In this document: piece after piece, positions 19,815 through 29,215 of the stretch
Position numbering within the stretch: position 1 is the stretch's first letter
Layout of the letters: each line of letters begins with the position of its first letter
Source of the DNA: an uncultured Chromatiales bacterium
GTDB taxonomy: Bacteria; Bacteroidota; Ignavibacteria; SZUA-365
Assembly: GCA_964388275.1 (NCBI GenBank)
Contig: CAYLZD010000003.1
Span: 52,638 to 116,637 of the forward strand
DNA length: 64,000 nucleotides
Direction of reading: 5' to 3'
The notes under the pieces: generated by a model
What the model was told of the DNA's origin: nothing
What the model saw: only the letters and a program-made list of their open reading frames with translations
The model's database searches: none
Position numbers and translations under genes: made by a program

Positions 19815-21056
19815 ATGATAAACACCCCAAAAGGACTTCGACTGCACATCGGCATTTTTGGTCGGCGGAACGTCGGGAAATCATCTGTTCTGAACGCTCT
19901 GACGCGCCAGACGGTATCGATAGTGTCTGAAATCGCCGGGACAACCACCGACCCGGTCGAAAAGGCAATGGAGCTTCTTCCTCTCGGACCGGTGCTGTTC
20001 GTCGACACCGCGGGCGTGGACGACGTGGGCGCCCTGGGCGCAAAGCGTGTCGAGAAGACCCGCGGCGTTATCGACCGAATCGACCTCGCAATTCTCGTAA
20101 CCGACGACTGGCAGGATTTCGAGACCGAATTGCTCGATTTGTTCCGCAAGCGCAACATCCCTGTTGTCGCCGCGGCGAACAAGGCCGATCTTCGCGCCGG
20201 TGAGGAACTCGAGAAATCAATATCCTCGGCGGGCGTCGAGCACGTGATCCGGGTTTCCACACTCTCCGGGGAGGGAGTCCCAGACCTGCGTCAGGCCGTT
20301 ATAGCATCGGCGCCCGATTCCTACATAAACTCGCCGTCGATAATCGGAGATCTGGTATCCGCGGGGGATCTGATAGTGCTGGTCACTCCGATCGACATAG
20401 AAGCGCCGAAAGGCCGCCTTATTCTGCCGCAGGTGCAGACTCTACGGGAAATTCTCGACTGCCACGGCTACGCGCTGGTGGTGAAGGAAAGTGAATTGCC
20501 GGAAGCATTGGCGGGGCTTGCCCGTCCGCCCGCGCTGGTAGTCACCGACAGCCAGGCATTCCGGAAGGTATCCGCCGATGTGCCGGAACATATCCCTCTG
20601 ACAGGCTTCTCAATCCTGTACTCGCGTTTCAAGGGCGATCTGGCAACAGCCGTGGAAGGGGCGGCGCATATAGACAAGCTGCTTCCCGGAGATCGTGTGC
20701 TCATCGCCGAAGCCTGCACGCATCATCCCACGGGCGAAGACATAGGAAGAGTGAAAATCCCACGATGGCTGGAACAGAGAGTCGGCGGCCCATTGCATGC
20801 CGATGTGTTTGCGGGCCACGAATTCCCTCCCGATATCGGCTCCTACAAACTGATCATCCACTGCGGAGCCTGCGTGCTCACACGCCGCCACATGTTGAGC
20901 CGCATCGAGAAGGCTCGTGATGCCGGCGTCCCTCTCACCAATTACGGCCTGGCAATAGCCTGGAGTCTGGGAATGTTCGAAAGAGCGCTTTCACCCTTCC
21001 CTGCCGTGCTCGAATTATTTAGGAACTCGCACAGCTCAGGCTCCAGAATCGGTTGA
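19815..21056 (+). CDS. hydF: [FeFe]-hydrogenase H-cluster maturation GTPase HydF
   Basis: 413 aa. N-terminal G domain (G1 GRRNVGKSS, G3 DTAG, G4 NKAD) and a C-terminal FeS motif CxH...HCxxC (EACTHH...IIHCGAC). Confidence 0.7.
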   Translation: MINTPKGLRLHIGIFGRRNVGKSSVLNALTRQTVSIVSEIAGTTTDPVEKAMELLPLGPVLFVDTAGVDDVGALGAKRVEKTRGVIDRIDLAILVTDDWQDFETELLDLFRKRNIPVVAAANKADLRAGEELEKSISSAGVEHVIRVSTLSGEGVPDLRQAVIASAPDSYINSPSIIGDLVSAGDLIVLVTPIDIEAPKGRLILPQVQTLREILDCHGYALVVKESELPEALAGLARPPALVVTDSQAFRKVSADVPEHIPLTGFSILYSRFKGDLATAVEGAAHIDKLLPGDRVLIAEACTHHPTGEDIGRVKIPRWLEQRVGGPLHADVFAGHEFPPDIGSYKLIIHCGACVLTRRHMLSRIEKARDAGVPLTNYGLAIAWSLGMFERALSPFPAVLELFRNSHSSGSRIG

Positions 21057-21325
21057 TCCGACGGCGGAAAGGAAAGCGTCCGACCGTCGGCATCCCCTGC
21101 GCCGCAGGGATTTTTCGGGACCGGAAGGAAAAATACTTACGATATTTGCGAGGAATAATCAAAATCGTATATTCGAGGCACGGTTTCCCGCTCAGCGACG
21201 ACGACGTAACCACGGAAAGGCAAGTGGAGGGAAGCCCGTTTCCGGTCCGGTTGCAGTCCTTGAAACATGGACCAGGCGACGAAAGAAGCAGTCCACAACA
21301 ACCAATCAGATATCCATTCGGAGGA

Positions 21326-21529
21326 ATGATGAACCAATTCAATGAACTCGTGGCGCTTGTTCAGAGCTTCGAGAAGGACTTCGAGAAATTTTTCGTAAAG
21401 GGGAACAAATCGGCCGGCACACGGGTGCGCAAGCACATGAACGAATTGAAACGCAAGGCTCAGGAAGTCCGTAACGCGGTGCAGCAGCTCAAAAAGTCCG
21501 AGGAAGGCGGCGGCGCGGTTCCGCAGTAA
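21326..21529 (+). CDS. histone H1-like small basic DNA-binding protein
   Basis: 67 aa, MMNQFNELVALVQSFEKDFEKFFVKGNKSAGTRVRKHMNELKRKAQEVRNAVQQLKK, with GGAGGA immediately upstream. The track ORF 21053..21529 is an N-terminal overextension. Confidence 0.6.
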   Translation: MMNQFNELVALVQSFEKDFEKFFVKGNKSAGTRVRKHMNELKRKAQEVRNAVQQLKKSEEGGGAVPQ

Positions 21530-21598
21530 GCACGTACTCGGCAGAGCTGTCCTGCCCCGATTGATCGACAGGCCCAAGCATTCGGGCTTTTTCATAAG

Positions 21599-21633
21599 GC
21601 AACATCCGGTCGAGCCGGGGTTGCTTTTTATTT
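21599..21633 (+). terminator. rho-independent terminator after the histone-like gene
   Basis: gcaac-a-tccgg tcgag ccggg-gttgc stem-loop followed by TTTTTATTT. Confidence 0.5.
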
Positions 21634-21678
21634 GATTCCCTCGAAGACGCAAGAGCCGCGGAGGCAGTGCAGGAGTCC

Positions 21679-22893
21679 ATGATGACATCTCTACCGCTCA
21701 ACTCTTCGATTCTTTCGGTCATTTCAGCGGTATTATGCCTGTCATGTCGTTCCGACGGCATCGACCGGCATGACGGAACAAGCGCGGCGGACGCCGGTTA
21801 CTTGCGAGTACACAGCGCGGCAGTCGTCGCGGACGGGCACAACGATGCGTTAGGACGCATTGTCTCAGGCGAAGATTTTCTGAACAGAAGCGACCGCGGG
21901 CACTCCGACCTCGTTCGTTTCCGCGAGGGCGGGGTGGACGCGCAAGTATTCGCGATCTGGGTGCATCCGTCCACCGCCGATCCGTACGGACGGGCTCTTG
22001 CGATGCTCGAATCGCTGCATGTACTCGACCGCCGTGCGGGAACGGCGCTGCGGGTCGTGCGAAACAGGAGTGAAATGGACTCCGCCTTTTCCGAGGGTTC
22101 CCTGGCCGCGATCGCAGGACTGGAGGGCGGGCATGTAATCGGAAATTCGCGCAACAAAATCATCGAACTGTATCGCAGAGGATTGAGGTGTTTCGGTCTG
22201 ACCTGGAACAACAGCACTTCGTGGGCGTCTTCGTCGCGGGATGAAACCCGGAACCGGAAAGGCGGGTTGACGGTGTTGGGAAAGAGTTTCATCCGCCTTA
22301 TGGACAGTCTTGGCATCATCATCGACATATCGCACCTCGGGGCGCGTTCGGTGAACGACGTGCTGGCGGCGTCGCGCAATCCGGTGATCGCTTCGCACTC
22401 CTGCTGCGCCGCGCTACGGCCGCATGATCGGAATCTGACAGACGAGCAGCTCCGTTCCGTTGCACGGAAAGGCGGTGTCGTCATGATCAACTTCGTGCCC
22501 TCTTTCCTGCGCGCCAGTATTCCTCGCGACGCGGCCGCCCGCAGCGGCGCATATCGGAAGCGCCTGCGCTCCATCGGCGCATCGGGCGGACTGCGGGATT
22601 CCGCGGCTCTCGCCGCCCGCGACCGGATCATAGCCGAGGCGAGACGCGCAGGTCTGGCCACAATCCTCGATGTCGCAGATCATATCGATCACGCGGTGCG
22701 GATCGCAGGCATCGATCATGTGGGACTGGGATCCGATTTCGACGGAATCGACTACGGTCCGGTCGGTCTCGGCGACGCGGCCGATTATCCGTATCTGACG
22801 CGCGAACTACTGAACAGGGGTTACAGCGAGGCCGCGATCAGGAAAATTCTGGGAGGCAATTTCACCGCCCTGTTCCGAAAAATATGCAGATAA
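21679..22893 (+). CDS. membrane dipeptidase (peptidase family M19), probable lipoprotein
   Basis: HNDALGRIV, GGVDAQVFAIWV and DISHL motifs of the renal-dipeptidase family. The ATG at 21679 is preceded by an AGGAG; signal peptide with AVLCLSC. Confidence 0.75.
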   Translation: MMTSLPLNSSILSVISAVLCLSCRSDGIDRHDGTSAADAGYLRVHSAAVVADGHNDALGRIVSGEDFLNRSDRGHSDLVRFREGGVDAQVFAIWVHPSTADPYGRALAMLESLHVLDRRAGTALRVVRNRSEMDSAFSEGSLAAIAGLEGGHVIGNSRNKIIELYRRGLRCFGLTWNNSTSWASSSRDETRNRKGGLTVLGKSFIRLMDSLGIIIDISHLGARSVNDVLAASRNPVIASHSCCAALRPHDRNLTDEQLRSVARKGGVVMINFVPSFLRASIPRDAAARSGAYRKRLRSIGASGGLRDSAALAARDRIIAEARRAGLATILDVADHIDHAVRIAGIDHVGLGSDFDGIDYGPVGLGDAADYPYLTRELLNRGYSEAAIRKILGGNFTALFRKICR

Positions 22894-23076
22894 ACGGATC
22901 AGTGATTCCCGGATGAGCGCGCAAGACCGCGGCGGAGCGCCGCGCAGCCCGTTTCTCGACTTGACATCGGGTGCGCTATCATTTTTCATGGAAAATCATC
23001 ATTTTACCGTATTGTGTCTGCCGGCAATGAATCCCGGTTTACAAATTCGTAATCCACAAGCACCACGGGACATCAA

Positions 23077-24276
23077 ATGAAAATCCACGAGTACCAAGGC
23101 AAGGAAATCCTCAGATCCTTCAACGTGCCGACGCCCGCGGGGCATGTGGCGTTCACGCCGGAAGAAGCCGTCTCCGCGGCCCAGCGCCTCGGCGGCTCCG
23201 TATGGGTTGTCAAAGCCCAGATCCATGCAGGCGGCCGGGGCAAGGGTGATCTCTATCATCCCGAGACGCGCGAACTTCTCATGAAAGGCGGCGTGAAAGT
23301 AGCCAAATCCCTCGATGAAGTCAGGGACTACTCTTCAAAAATGCTCGGCAATCTATTGGTCACGGTTCAGACGGGCCGGGATGGAAAAATTGTGCGCCGT
23401 GTCTTGATCGAGGAAGGCGTGAAAATCGAAAAGGAGTTTTATGCGGGCATGCTGCTCGACCGGGCGCGTTCCCGCACAGTCATGATGGTCTCGACCGAAG
23501 GAGGGATGGAAATCGAAAAGGTAGCTGCTGAATCACCGGAGAAAATCATAACCGTGGCGATAGATCCGGACACCGGTTTCCAGGCATTTCACGCAAGGCG
23601 ACTGTCTTTCGGACTCGGCCTTAAAGGTGAGGCATTCAAGAACGGCATCAAGTTCTTCCACGCCCTCGCAAACGCCTATGAAGCTACAGACGCCTCTCTT
23701 TTCGAGATAAATCCATTGGTGTTGACGTCCGACGCCGCGGTCCTGGCTCTCGACGCCAAGGTCAACATAGACGACAACGCTCTGTACAGACAGAAGGAGA
23801 TTGTGAAACTGCGCGACCTTGACGAAGAAGCGCCGCTTGAAATAGAAGCGTCAAAATATGATCTCAACTATATAAAACTGGACGGCAACGTCGGTTGCAT
23901 GGTAAACGGGGCGGGTCTGGCGATGGCCACCATGGATATCATCAAGCTGGCAGGCGGAGAACCGGCGAACTTCCTCGACGTCGGTGGCGGCGCAAGCGCC
24001 GAAACGGTGGAAAACGGCTTCCGTATCATACTCGGCGATCCGCACGTGCGCGCGATTTTGATAAACATCTTCGGCGGCATCGTCCGCTGCGACCGCATAG
24101 CCAACGGCGTTGTCCAGGCCGCGAAAAACATCGACATCCACGTTCCCATTGTGATCCGCCTCGCGGGAACTAATGCCGAAGAGGCGGCGGAAATCCTTGA
24201 GAATTCCGGCATAGACTTCAGCGTAGCTTCCTCCCTCAAAGAAGCCGCGGAAAAGGTCACTAAGGCCATCGCCTGA
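23077..24276 (+). CDS. sucC: succinate--CoA ligase (ADP-forming) beta subunit
   Basis: 399 aa starting [20 protein letters not shown], with an ATP-grasp fold and a C-terminal CoA-ligase domain ([18 protein letters not shown]). Confidence 0.9.
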   Translation: MKIHEYQGKEILRSFNVPTPAGHVAFTPEEAVSAAQRLGGSVWVVKAQIHAGGRGKGDLYHPETRELLMKGGVKVAKSLDEVRDYSSKMLGNLLVTVQTGRDGKIVRRVLIEEGVKIEKEFYAGMLLDRARSRTVMMVSTEGGMEIEKVAAESPEKIITVAIDPDTGFQAFHARRLSFGLGLKGEAFKNGIKFFHALANAYEATDASLFEINPLVLTSDAAVLALDAKVNIDDNALYRQKEIVKLRDLDEEAPLEIEASKYDLNYIKLDGNVGCMVNGAGLAMATMDIIKLAGGEPANFLDVGGGASAETVENGFRIILGDPHVRAILINIFGGIVRCDRIANGVVQAAKNIDIHVPIVIRLAGTNAEEAAEILENSGIDFSVASSLKEAAEKVTKAIA

Positions 24277-24300
24277 CCCGGGAACACCGGATCCGCGTGT

Positions 24301-24342
24301 GCGCGAAATTAGTCCATTCGAGTGATTCGCGCGGAGTTTTTG
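24301..24342 (+). terminator. candidate terminator after sucC
   Basis: gcgcgaa-N18-ttcgcgc hairpin followed by ggagTTTTTg. Confidence 0.4.
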
Positions 24343-24478
24343 CAGCCGCCGGTATTGCCCTCGCAACCGGATCATATGCATTTTTTTCATAAACCGTGAC
24401 CTTGGCTCTTGAAAGCATCCCGCTTTTCAATTAAAATGGACAAATGAAAGCCGCATCCATCCACATCAAAGAAACGCC

Positions 24479-25738
24479 TTGAAATCCCTCGCCGCGATAT
24501 CAGCACTGCTTCTAATTCCGTTCTGCGCCTCGCTCGCGCAACCCCATCCTTGGACGCGCGTCTATCAGAGCGAATCGGATACCACTTTATACGGCGTGCA
24601 TGTGAAGGACGCCATGAATGCAATAGTCGTCGGCGACACAGGCGTAGTCAAACGCACCAGCGACGGCGGCGCGACATGGACGATCGTACCGAGCGGCACC
24701 CGTCACCGTCTTTACAGAATCCGTTTCATGAATCCTACGGACGGTTACATAGTCGGCGGAGAGGTCGGCGCCAGAGACGCCATACTCTTGAAAAGCACCG
24801 ACGGAGGCGACTCTTGGGTGGAAGTAGACACGAAGGGCGACAGAACACTCTTCGATGTCTGGTTTCACAACCGTGACACGGGGATTGTTGTCGGACAGGC
24901 CGGGGTGATGAGGGCCACGGTTGACGGAGGCAAAACCTGGACTTCAGTCGACGCAGGGTTCGGACAGAACAACATCTATTCGATAGATTTTCCCGACAGG
25001 AGGATCGGATACATCTGCGGAAACGTGGGCAAGGTGGCCAGAAGCTCCAACGGCGGCGCTTCATGGCGGGAGCAAACGAGCGGCAGCAATTCGAGTCTTT
25101 TCTCGATTTCCTTCGGCGACCCGTACAACGGAACGATAGTGGGCGACGGCGGCGTGATACTGCACACGAGCAACGGCGGTTCGAAATGGGAAACGCAATA
25201 CGCGGAATTCCCGATCTCCAGTTCCCTGCTCGAAGTGCTTCACCTCGACGTCAACACCGCATACGCTTGCGGCTGGTTTGGCATCATCATCGGCACTACC
25301 GACGCCGGAACGACGTGGAAAATGCAGGAGTGGAGCGGGACCGAAATAGTGGAATCGCTTCACTTCTCGGACAGTCGAAACGGGTATGCTGTCGGCTGGA
25401 ACGGAACGATTCTGAGAACTGTGAACGGCGGAGGTATCGCCGCCGGAGAAGAGCCGCCGTCGCCCGCCCGCGCCTCCGGAATAACCGCGTATCCCAATCC
25501 GGTATCGGCGCGAGCACAGCCGTTCCTGAACGTGGAATTTTCCACCGGATCGCCAGGCCGCGCCCGCTTAACCCTCCATGACGCTCTGGGTAGGATTTGC
25601 GCAACGGTGGTCGACGACGTTCTTCCCCGCGGACGACACGCATCAGTCGTCGGAATCGCGAATCTCGCGCCCGGCGTCTACTACCTGCGTACCGCCGGCG
25701 ATGCCTCTCCCGGCCGGCCGGTCGTGGTCGTCAGGTGA
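24479..25738 (+). CDS. secreted BNR/Asp-box repeat beta-propeller protein (Ycf48-like) with T9SS C-terminal sorting domain
   Basis: Signal peptide, then at least 7 S/TxDGGxTW repeats (TSDGGATWT, STDGGDSWV, TVDGGKTWT, ...). The C-terminal ~80 aa is a Por_Secre_tail-like CTD (AYPNPVSA...RLTLHDALGR...GVYYLR). The start is TTG. Confidence 0.7.
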   Translation: MKSLAAISALLLIPFCASLAQPHPWTRVYQSESDTTLYGVHVKDAMNAIVVGDTGVVKRTSDGGATWTIVPSGTRHRLYRIRFMNPTDGYIVGGEVGARDAILLKSTDGGDSWVEVDTKGDRTLFDVWFHNRDTGIVVGQAGVMRATVDGGKTWTSVDAGFGQNNIYSIDFPDRRIGYICGNVGKVARSSNGGASWREQTSGSNSSLFSISFGDPYNGTIVGDGGVILHTSNGGSKWETQYAEFPISSSLLEVLHLDVNTAYACGWFGIIIGTTDAGTTWKMQEWSGTEIVESLHFSDSRNGYAVGWNGTILRTVNGGGIAAGEEPPSPARASGITAYPNPVSARAQPFLNVEFSTGSPGRARLTLHDALGRICATVVDDVLPRGRHASVVGIANLAPGVYYLRTAGDASPGRPVVVVR

Positions 25739-25830
25739 TATTACCGAGCGAAGGAACGATGAACGGGTTCGCGGCAAGGATACCACCGCTCGGAACGTTC
25801 GTCGCTCATGCAGCGTCGGTGGAATACGCG

Positions 25831-26691
25831 TCAACTCCGCTTAAAGACGCCCACCAGCCAATCCGCTGTCTTATCGAGCGCCTGCCCGAACTCGGATGTG
25901 ATGCCCTCGAACGGGTGTGTAACACCGAAAGTGTGACCTGTTTCCGGGATCAGGCACAGCTCGGTTTCGGATTTATCCGCCGCGGAATACAGCCGTCCGG
26001 CTTCCTCGACCGGCACTGAAACATCCTTTTCCCCATGAACGATGAGAAGGGGTATGCGCAGGCGCGCGGCCGCGCCTTCCACATCGAAACGCGAGGGATC
26101 GCTTTCGTAATCCTCCAGCGCCTCGATGCCCAGCCGCATAACCTGGCCGGTTCTCTGGTTGACTATCTGCAGGAAACCCCTTTCCCTCCATTCGGCCTTG
26201 GCATGAGGACCCCATCTGTCGAAGGTGGATACAGCAGCCCAGGTGGCCACAGCGCGCACCCTGGCGTCGGCAGCGGCTTGCAGCAGCGCTATGCCGCCTC
26301 CTCGCGAATGGCCGAGCAGAGCTATTCGGCTCCGATCAGCGGACGGAGGCAGCAATCCTCCCGCCGCAACTGCATCCAGCAAGTCTCCGAGGTCGCTCAG
26401 CTCGCGTGAGAGCGTGTTCCGGCGGAAGCTGTCGAGACGTGTGAACTCCAGAGGATCTTCCCCTATCCCGTTCAGCGAGAAGTTGAATCGCACGGTCACG
26501 AAGCCGCAGGAAGCGAATTTTTCTGCTGCCGCGGGGAAGAAACCCCAATCCTTGAAACCCTTGAAACCGTGACAGATCACGAGCACAGGCGGCTTTTCCA
26601 CAGGGTGCGGTAGATGGATGTCCCCCTGCAGAGAATCACCGAAGCGGTTCTCGAGAACGAATGGGATTGCGGCCCTGGGCGCAGTCAGCAT
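25831..26691 (-). CDS. alpha/beta-hydrolase fold protein (dienelactone hydrolase/S9-like)
   Basis: HGFKGFKDWGFF, nucleophile elbow GHSRGGG, Asp and His late in the sequence. Start taken at MLTAP to avoid overlap with the upstream gene. Confidence 0.6.
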   Translation of the reverse strand: MLTAPRAAIPFVLENRFGDSLQGDIHLPHPVEKPPVLVICHGFKGFKDWGFFPAAAEKFASCGFVTVRFNFSLNGIGEDPLEFTRLDSFRRNTLSRELSDLGDLLDAVAAGGLLPPSADRSRIALLGHSRGGGIALLQAAADARVRAVATWAAVSTFDRWGPHAKAEWRERGFLQIVNQRTGQVMRLGIEALEDYESDPSRFDVEGAAARLRIPLLIVHGEKDVSVPVEEAGRLYSAADKSETELCLIPETGHTFGVTHPFEGITSEFGQALDKTADWLVGVFKRS

Positions 26692-26701
26692 CTGACCGCG
26701 T

Positions 26702-27751
26702 TCACCATCCGAGCACATATGCAAACAGGAGGGGCGCCACGATGGTCGCGTCTGATTCGATAATGAACTTCGGCGTATCCTTGCCCAGTTTGCCCCAGGT
26801 GATTTTCTCGTTCGGAACTGCGCCCGAATAGGAACCGTAGCTTGTGGTCGAGTCGCTTATCTGGCAGAAATAGCCCCAGAGCGGAACATTGGTTCTGCGC
26901 AGGTCCTGATGAAGCATGGGAACCACGCAGATCGGAAAATCACCCGCTATGCCGCCTCCGATCTGAAAGAATCCGATAGAGGAGTCCTCTGACGTGCGGG
27001 TGTACCAATCCGCCAGTTCGGTCATGTATTCGATCCCTGTGCGGACGGTATGAACATTTTTTATATCGCCCTCGATGCAGTGCGCGGCGTACATGTTGCC
27101 GAGCGTGGCGTCCTCCCAGCCGGGCACGAACATCGGCAGGTTCTTCTCCGCGGCGGCGACCATCCAGCTGTCTCTCGGATCAATCTGGCGGTGCTGTTCA
27201 AGCGCTCCGGAACGTATGACGCGGTACATGAATTCATGCGGGAAACGCCTCTCGCCCGCCTTGTCGGCGGCGACCCATTCGGCCAGAACGGCGCTTTCAA
27301 GCCGGCGCATCGCTTCCTCTTCGGGAATGCAGGTATCTGTCACGCGGTTCAGATGCCGCTCCAGCAGCGACTGCTCGTCGGAGGGTGTCAAATCCCGGTA
27401 ATCAGGCAAACGCACGTAGTGATCGTGCGCGACGAGGTTGAATAGATCCTCCTCGAGGTTCGCGCCGGTGCATGTGATGGCATGGACCTTGTCCCGCCTT
27501 ATCATTTCGGCAAGAGAAAGTCCCAATTCGGCCGTGCTCATGGCGCCCGCCATGGTGAGGAACATTTTGCCCCCGGATTCGAGATGGGCTTTATAGGCCT
27601 CGGCGGCGTCGATGAGAGCCGCGGCGTTGAAATGACGGTAATGATGCTTGATGAAATCCGTGACGGGCGAGTTTGACATGGCGCTTCGGGGCATTATTTC
27701 TGATGTTTGATATCCGAGGGCAAGGATAGGTTTTCCATCGATGAATGTCAA
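26702..27751 (-). CDS. deoxyhypusine synthase-like protein (homospermidine synthase-like family)
   Basis: 349 aa with DHS-family motifs (AITCTGANLEEDLFNLV, NAGWEDATLGNMYAAHC, GGGIAGDFP). The longest ORF starts at TTG; ATG starts at residues 20 or 25 are alternatives. Confidence 0.7.
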   Translation of the reverse strand: MTFIDGKPILALGYQTSEIMPRSAMSNSPVTDFIKHHYRHFNAAALIDAAEAYKAHLESGGKMFLTMAGAMSTAELGLSLAEMIRRDKVHAITCTGANLEEDLFNLVAHDHYVRLPDYRDLTPSDEQSLLERHLNRVTDTCIPEEEAMRRLESAVLAEWVAADKAGERRFPHEFMYRVIRSGALEQHRQIDPRDSWMVAAAEKNLPMFVPGWEDATLGNMYAAHCIEGDIKNVHTVRTGIEYMTELADWYTRTSEDSSIGFFQIGGGIAGDFPICVVPMLHQDLRRTNVPLWGYFCQISDSTTSYGSYSGAVPNEKITWGKLGKDTPKFIIESDATIVAPLLFAYVLGW

Positions 27752-27826
27752 GCGGGCGACAGGCCGGGAGAGCGTAGATGAAATCGATACGAACCATCCG
27801 GAGGGCCGTCACCTCATGATTCCTGT

Positions 27827-29215
27827 TCAAGGCCGGTGGATGTCGAAAAAGCATGGCATCGAGGCGCCTTTCACCGTCGCGAGCAGAATCAGCGCGAGTT
27901 CGCGGAAATGATAATCTCCCCATTGCGACGACTCGCCGTACGGCGCGTCGGAACCAGCGGGAATATGATCCCAGCCGTTCGGTCGATGATATACGGAATG
28001 AAGCAGCAGTCCCTGATGAGAAGGGTCCGTCGACAGATACGGTTCGTTGAATATTGTGCGGGCGATCGTCAGCCCCGCCTGCCTGTAGACGGCGGCGTCG
28101 TCGCGCGCTCCGCACATGTCGAGATGCGAGGCCAGGCGCAGAAGGCCCTGAGCGGCGATGGCCGCCGCCGAACTGTCCACCGGTTCCAAGCCGTTGAAAG
28201 GCGCCGCGGGCTTTTCGAGATAATCGCCGAGCAGCCGCAATCCCGGAGCGCCGGTGTCCCAGTAAGGCACCCCGTCCGCCGGTGTATTCCGGATATAGAA
28301 ATCCGCAACTGCCCGGGCAGCTGTTTCAAGAAGCCGCAGGACGCGATTCTTGTCCATATCCACAGGGAATTCCGACTCATCCGCCGAGAAGAGAAATTCC
28401 AGTTGTTCGGCGAAACCGCACACGGCCCAGGCCAGGCCGCGGGTCCAGGTGGAAAACGGCGAGTACCCCTGCTGTGTGGAAGGACAGCGGAAACTTCCGT
28501 CCCGCACGTTGAACACCGCTTCGTGCGCAACACGGCCGGATTCGTCGTAGACGTCGCGCCCCTCCCCGTAATACACATTCCAGCGCGACGTGCTCACCGC
28601 GTGCCTGAGCAGCCGGTGCAGCAGGGCGATTCTCGAATCGCTCTCGCCGATCAGATGCTGGCCGAGACGATGAGCCAGCGCGAGCGAGCGCAGCGTCCTC
28701 ATCGTGTCGATGAACAGCGAGTGCGGTCCGTTGAACGAGTGGATGTAGCCGCCGGTTCCTCCCAGCGGCGTCCATCGGGCGGCCTGCACCGCCCCGCTTA
28801 TCCGCAAAGCCTGGACACATTCTCCTCGCAAGCCCGTCGAGTCTTCGATGCGCCCGGCTGCGATCAATCGCAGAAGATTTCCGTACGTGCTGACAATCTG
28901 GAATCCGTGGTCGTGAATGCCCGCGTTGGTCAAATGCGGAGGCATGCGGTTCCTGATTCCCTCGAGTGCTGATTCCAGAAAATGCCGCTCGCCGGTTGCC
29001 TCGAATTGAAGCAGAGCAGAGCCGAAATGGAAACCCAGCGTCCACTCCGTCCATCCGCGGTTCCGCCAGGCGCCTTTCACGGTTATAACGGGCGCGCCTG
29101 CGGCGAAATCCCAGGTGTCGAAAGCGGCGCGGATTTTTCCGGCTGAGACCGTGAAAACCTTTTCGGCGGCAGCCGCGAGTCCTGAAGCTCGCAGTCCGTG
29201 ATCGATTCGAATCAC
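27827..29215 (-). CDS. (alpha/alpha)6-barrel glycoside hydrolase-like protein, GH88/GH105 unsaturated glucuronyl hydrolase-like
   Basis: 462 aa with HDHGFQ and WTRGLAWAVCGF motifs resembling GH88/GH105. GTG start overlaps the upstream stop (GTGA). Confidence 0.45.
   Translation of the reverse strand: MIRIDHGLRASGLAAAAEKVFTVSAGKIRAAFDTWDFAAGAPVITVKGAWRNRGWTEWTLGFHFGSALLQFEATGERHFLESALEGIRNRMPPHLTNAGIHDHGFQIVSTYGNLLRLIAAGRIEDSTGLRGECVQALRISGAVQAARWTPLGGTGGYIHSFNGPHSLFIDTMRTLRSLALAHRLGQHLIGESDSRIALLHRLLRHAVSTSRWNVYYGEGRDVYDESGRVAHEAVFNVRDGSFRCPSTQQGYSPFSTWTRGLAWAVCGFAEQLEFLFSADESEFPVDMDKNRVLRLLETAARAVADFYIRNTPADGVPYWDTGAPGLRLLGDYLEKPAAPFNGLEPVDSSAAAIAAQGLLRLASHLDMCGARDDAAVYRQAGLTIARTIFNEPYLSTDPSHQGLLLHSVYHRPNGWDHIPAGSDAPYGESSQWGDYHFRELALILLATVKGASMPCFFDIHRP

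Noticed and set aside
19309-20043. 244-aa ORF upstream-extending rpsT
   Set aside because: S20 homology begins at MPQHKSAEKR (ATG 19569). The upstream 158 codons are Arg/Cys-rich, lie in the rpsT/hydF divergent promoter region, and overlap the hydF start.
21053-21529. 158-aa ORF containing the histone H1-like gene, and the 183-aa antisense ORF 21137..21688
   Set aside because: Only the last 67 codons have family-like sequence and an adjacent GGAGGA. The N-terminal extension overlaps the hydF 3' end and is basic low-complexity. The antisense ORF has no features.
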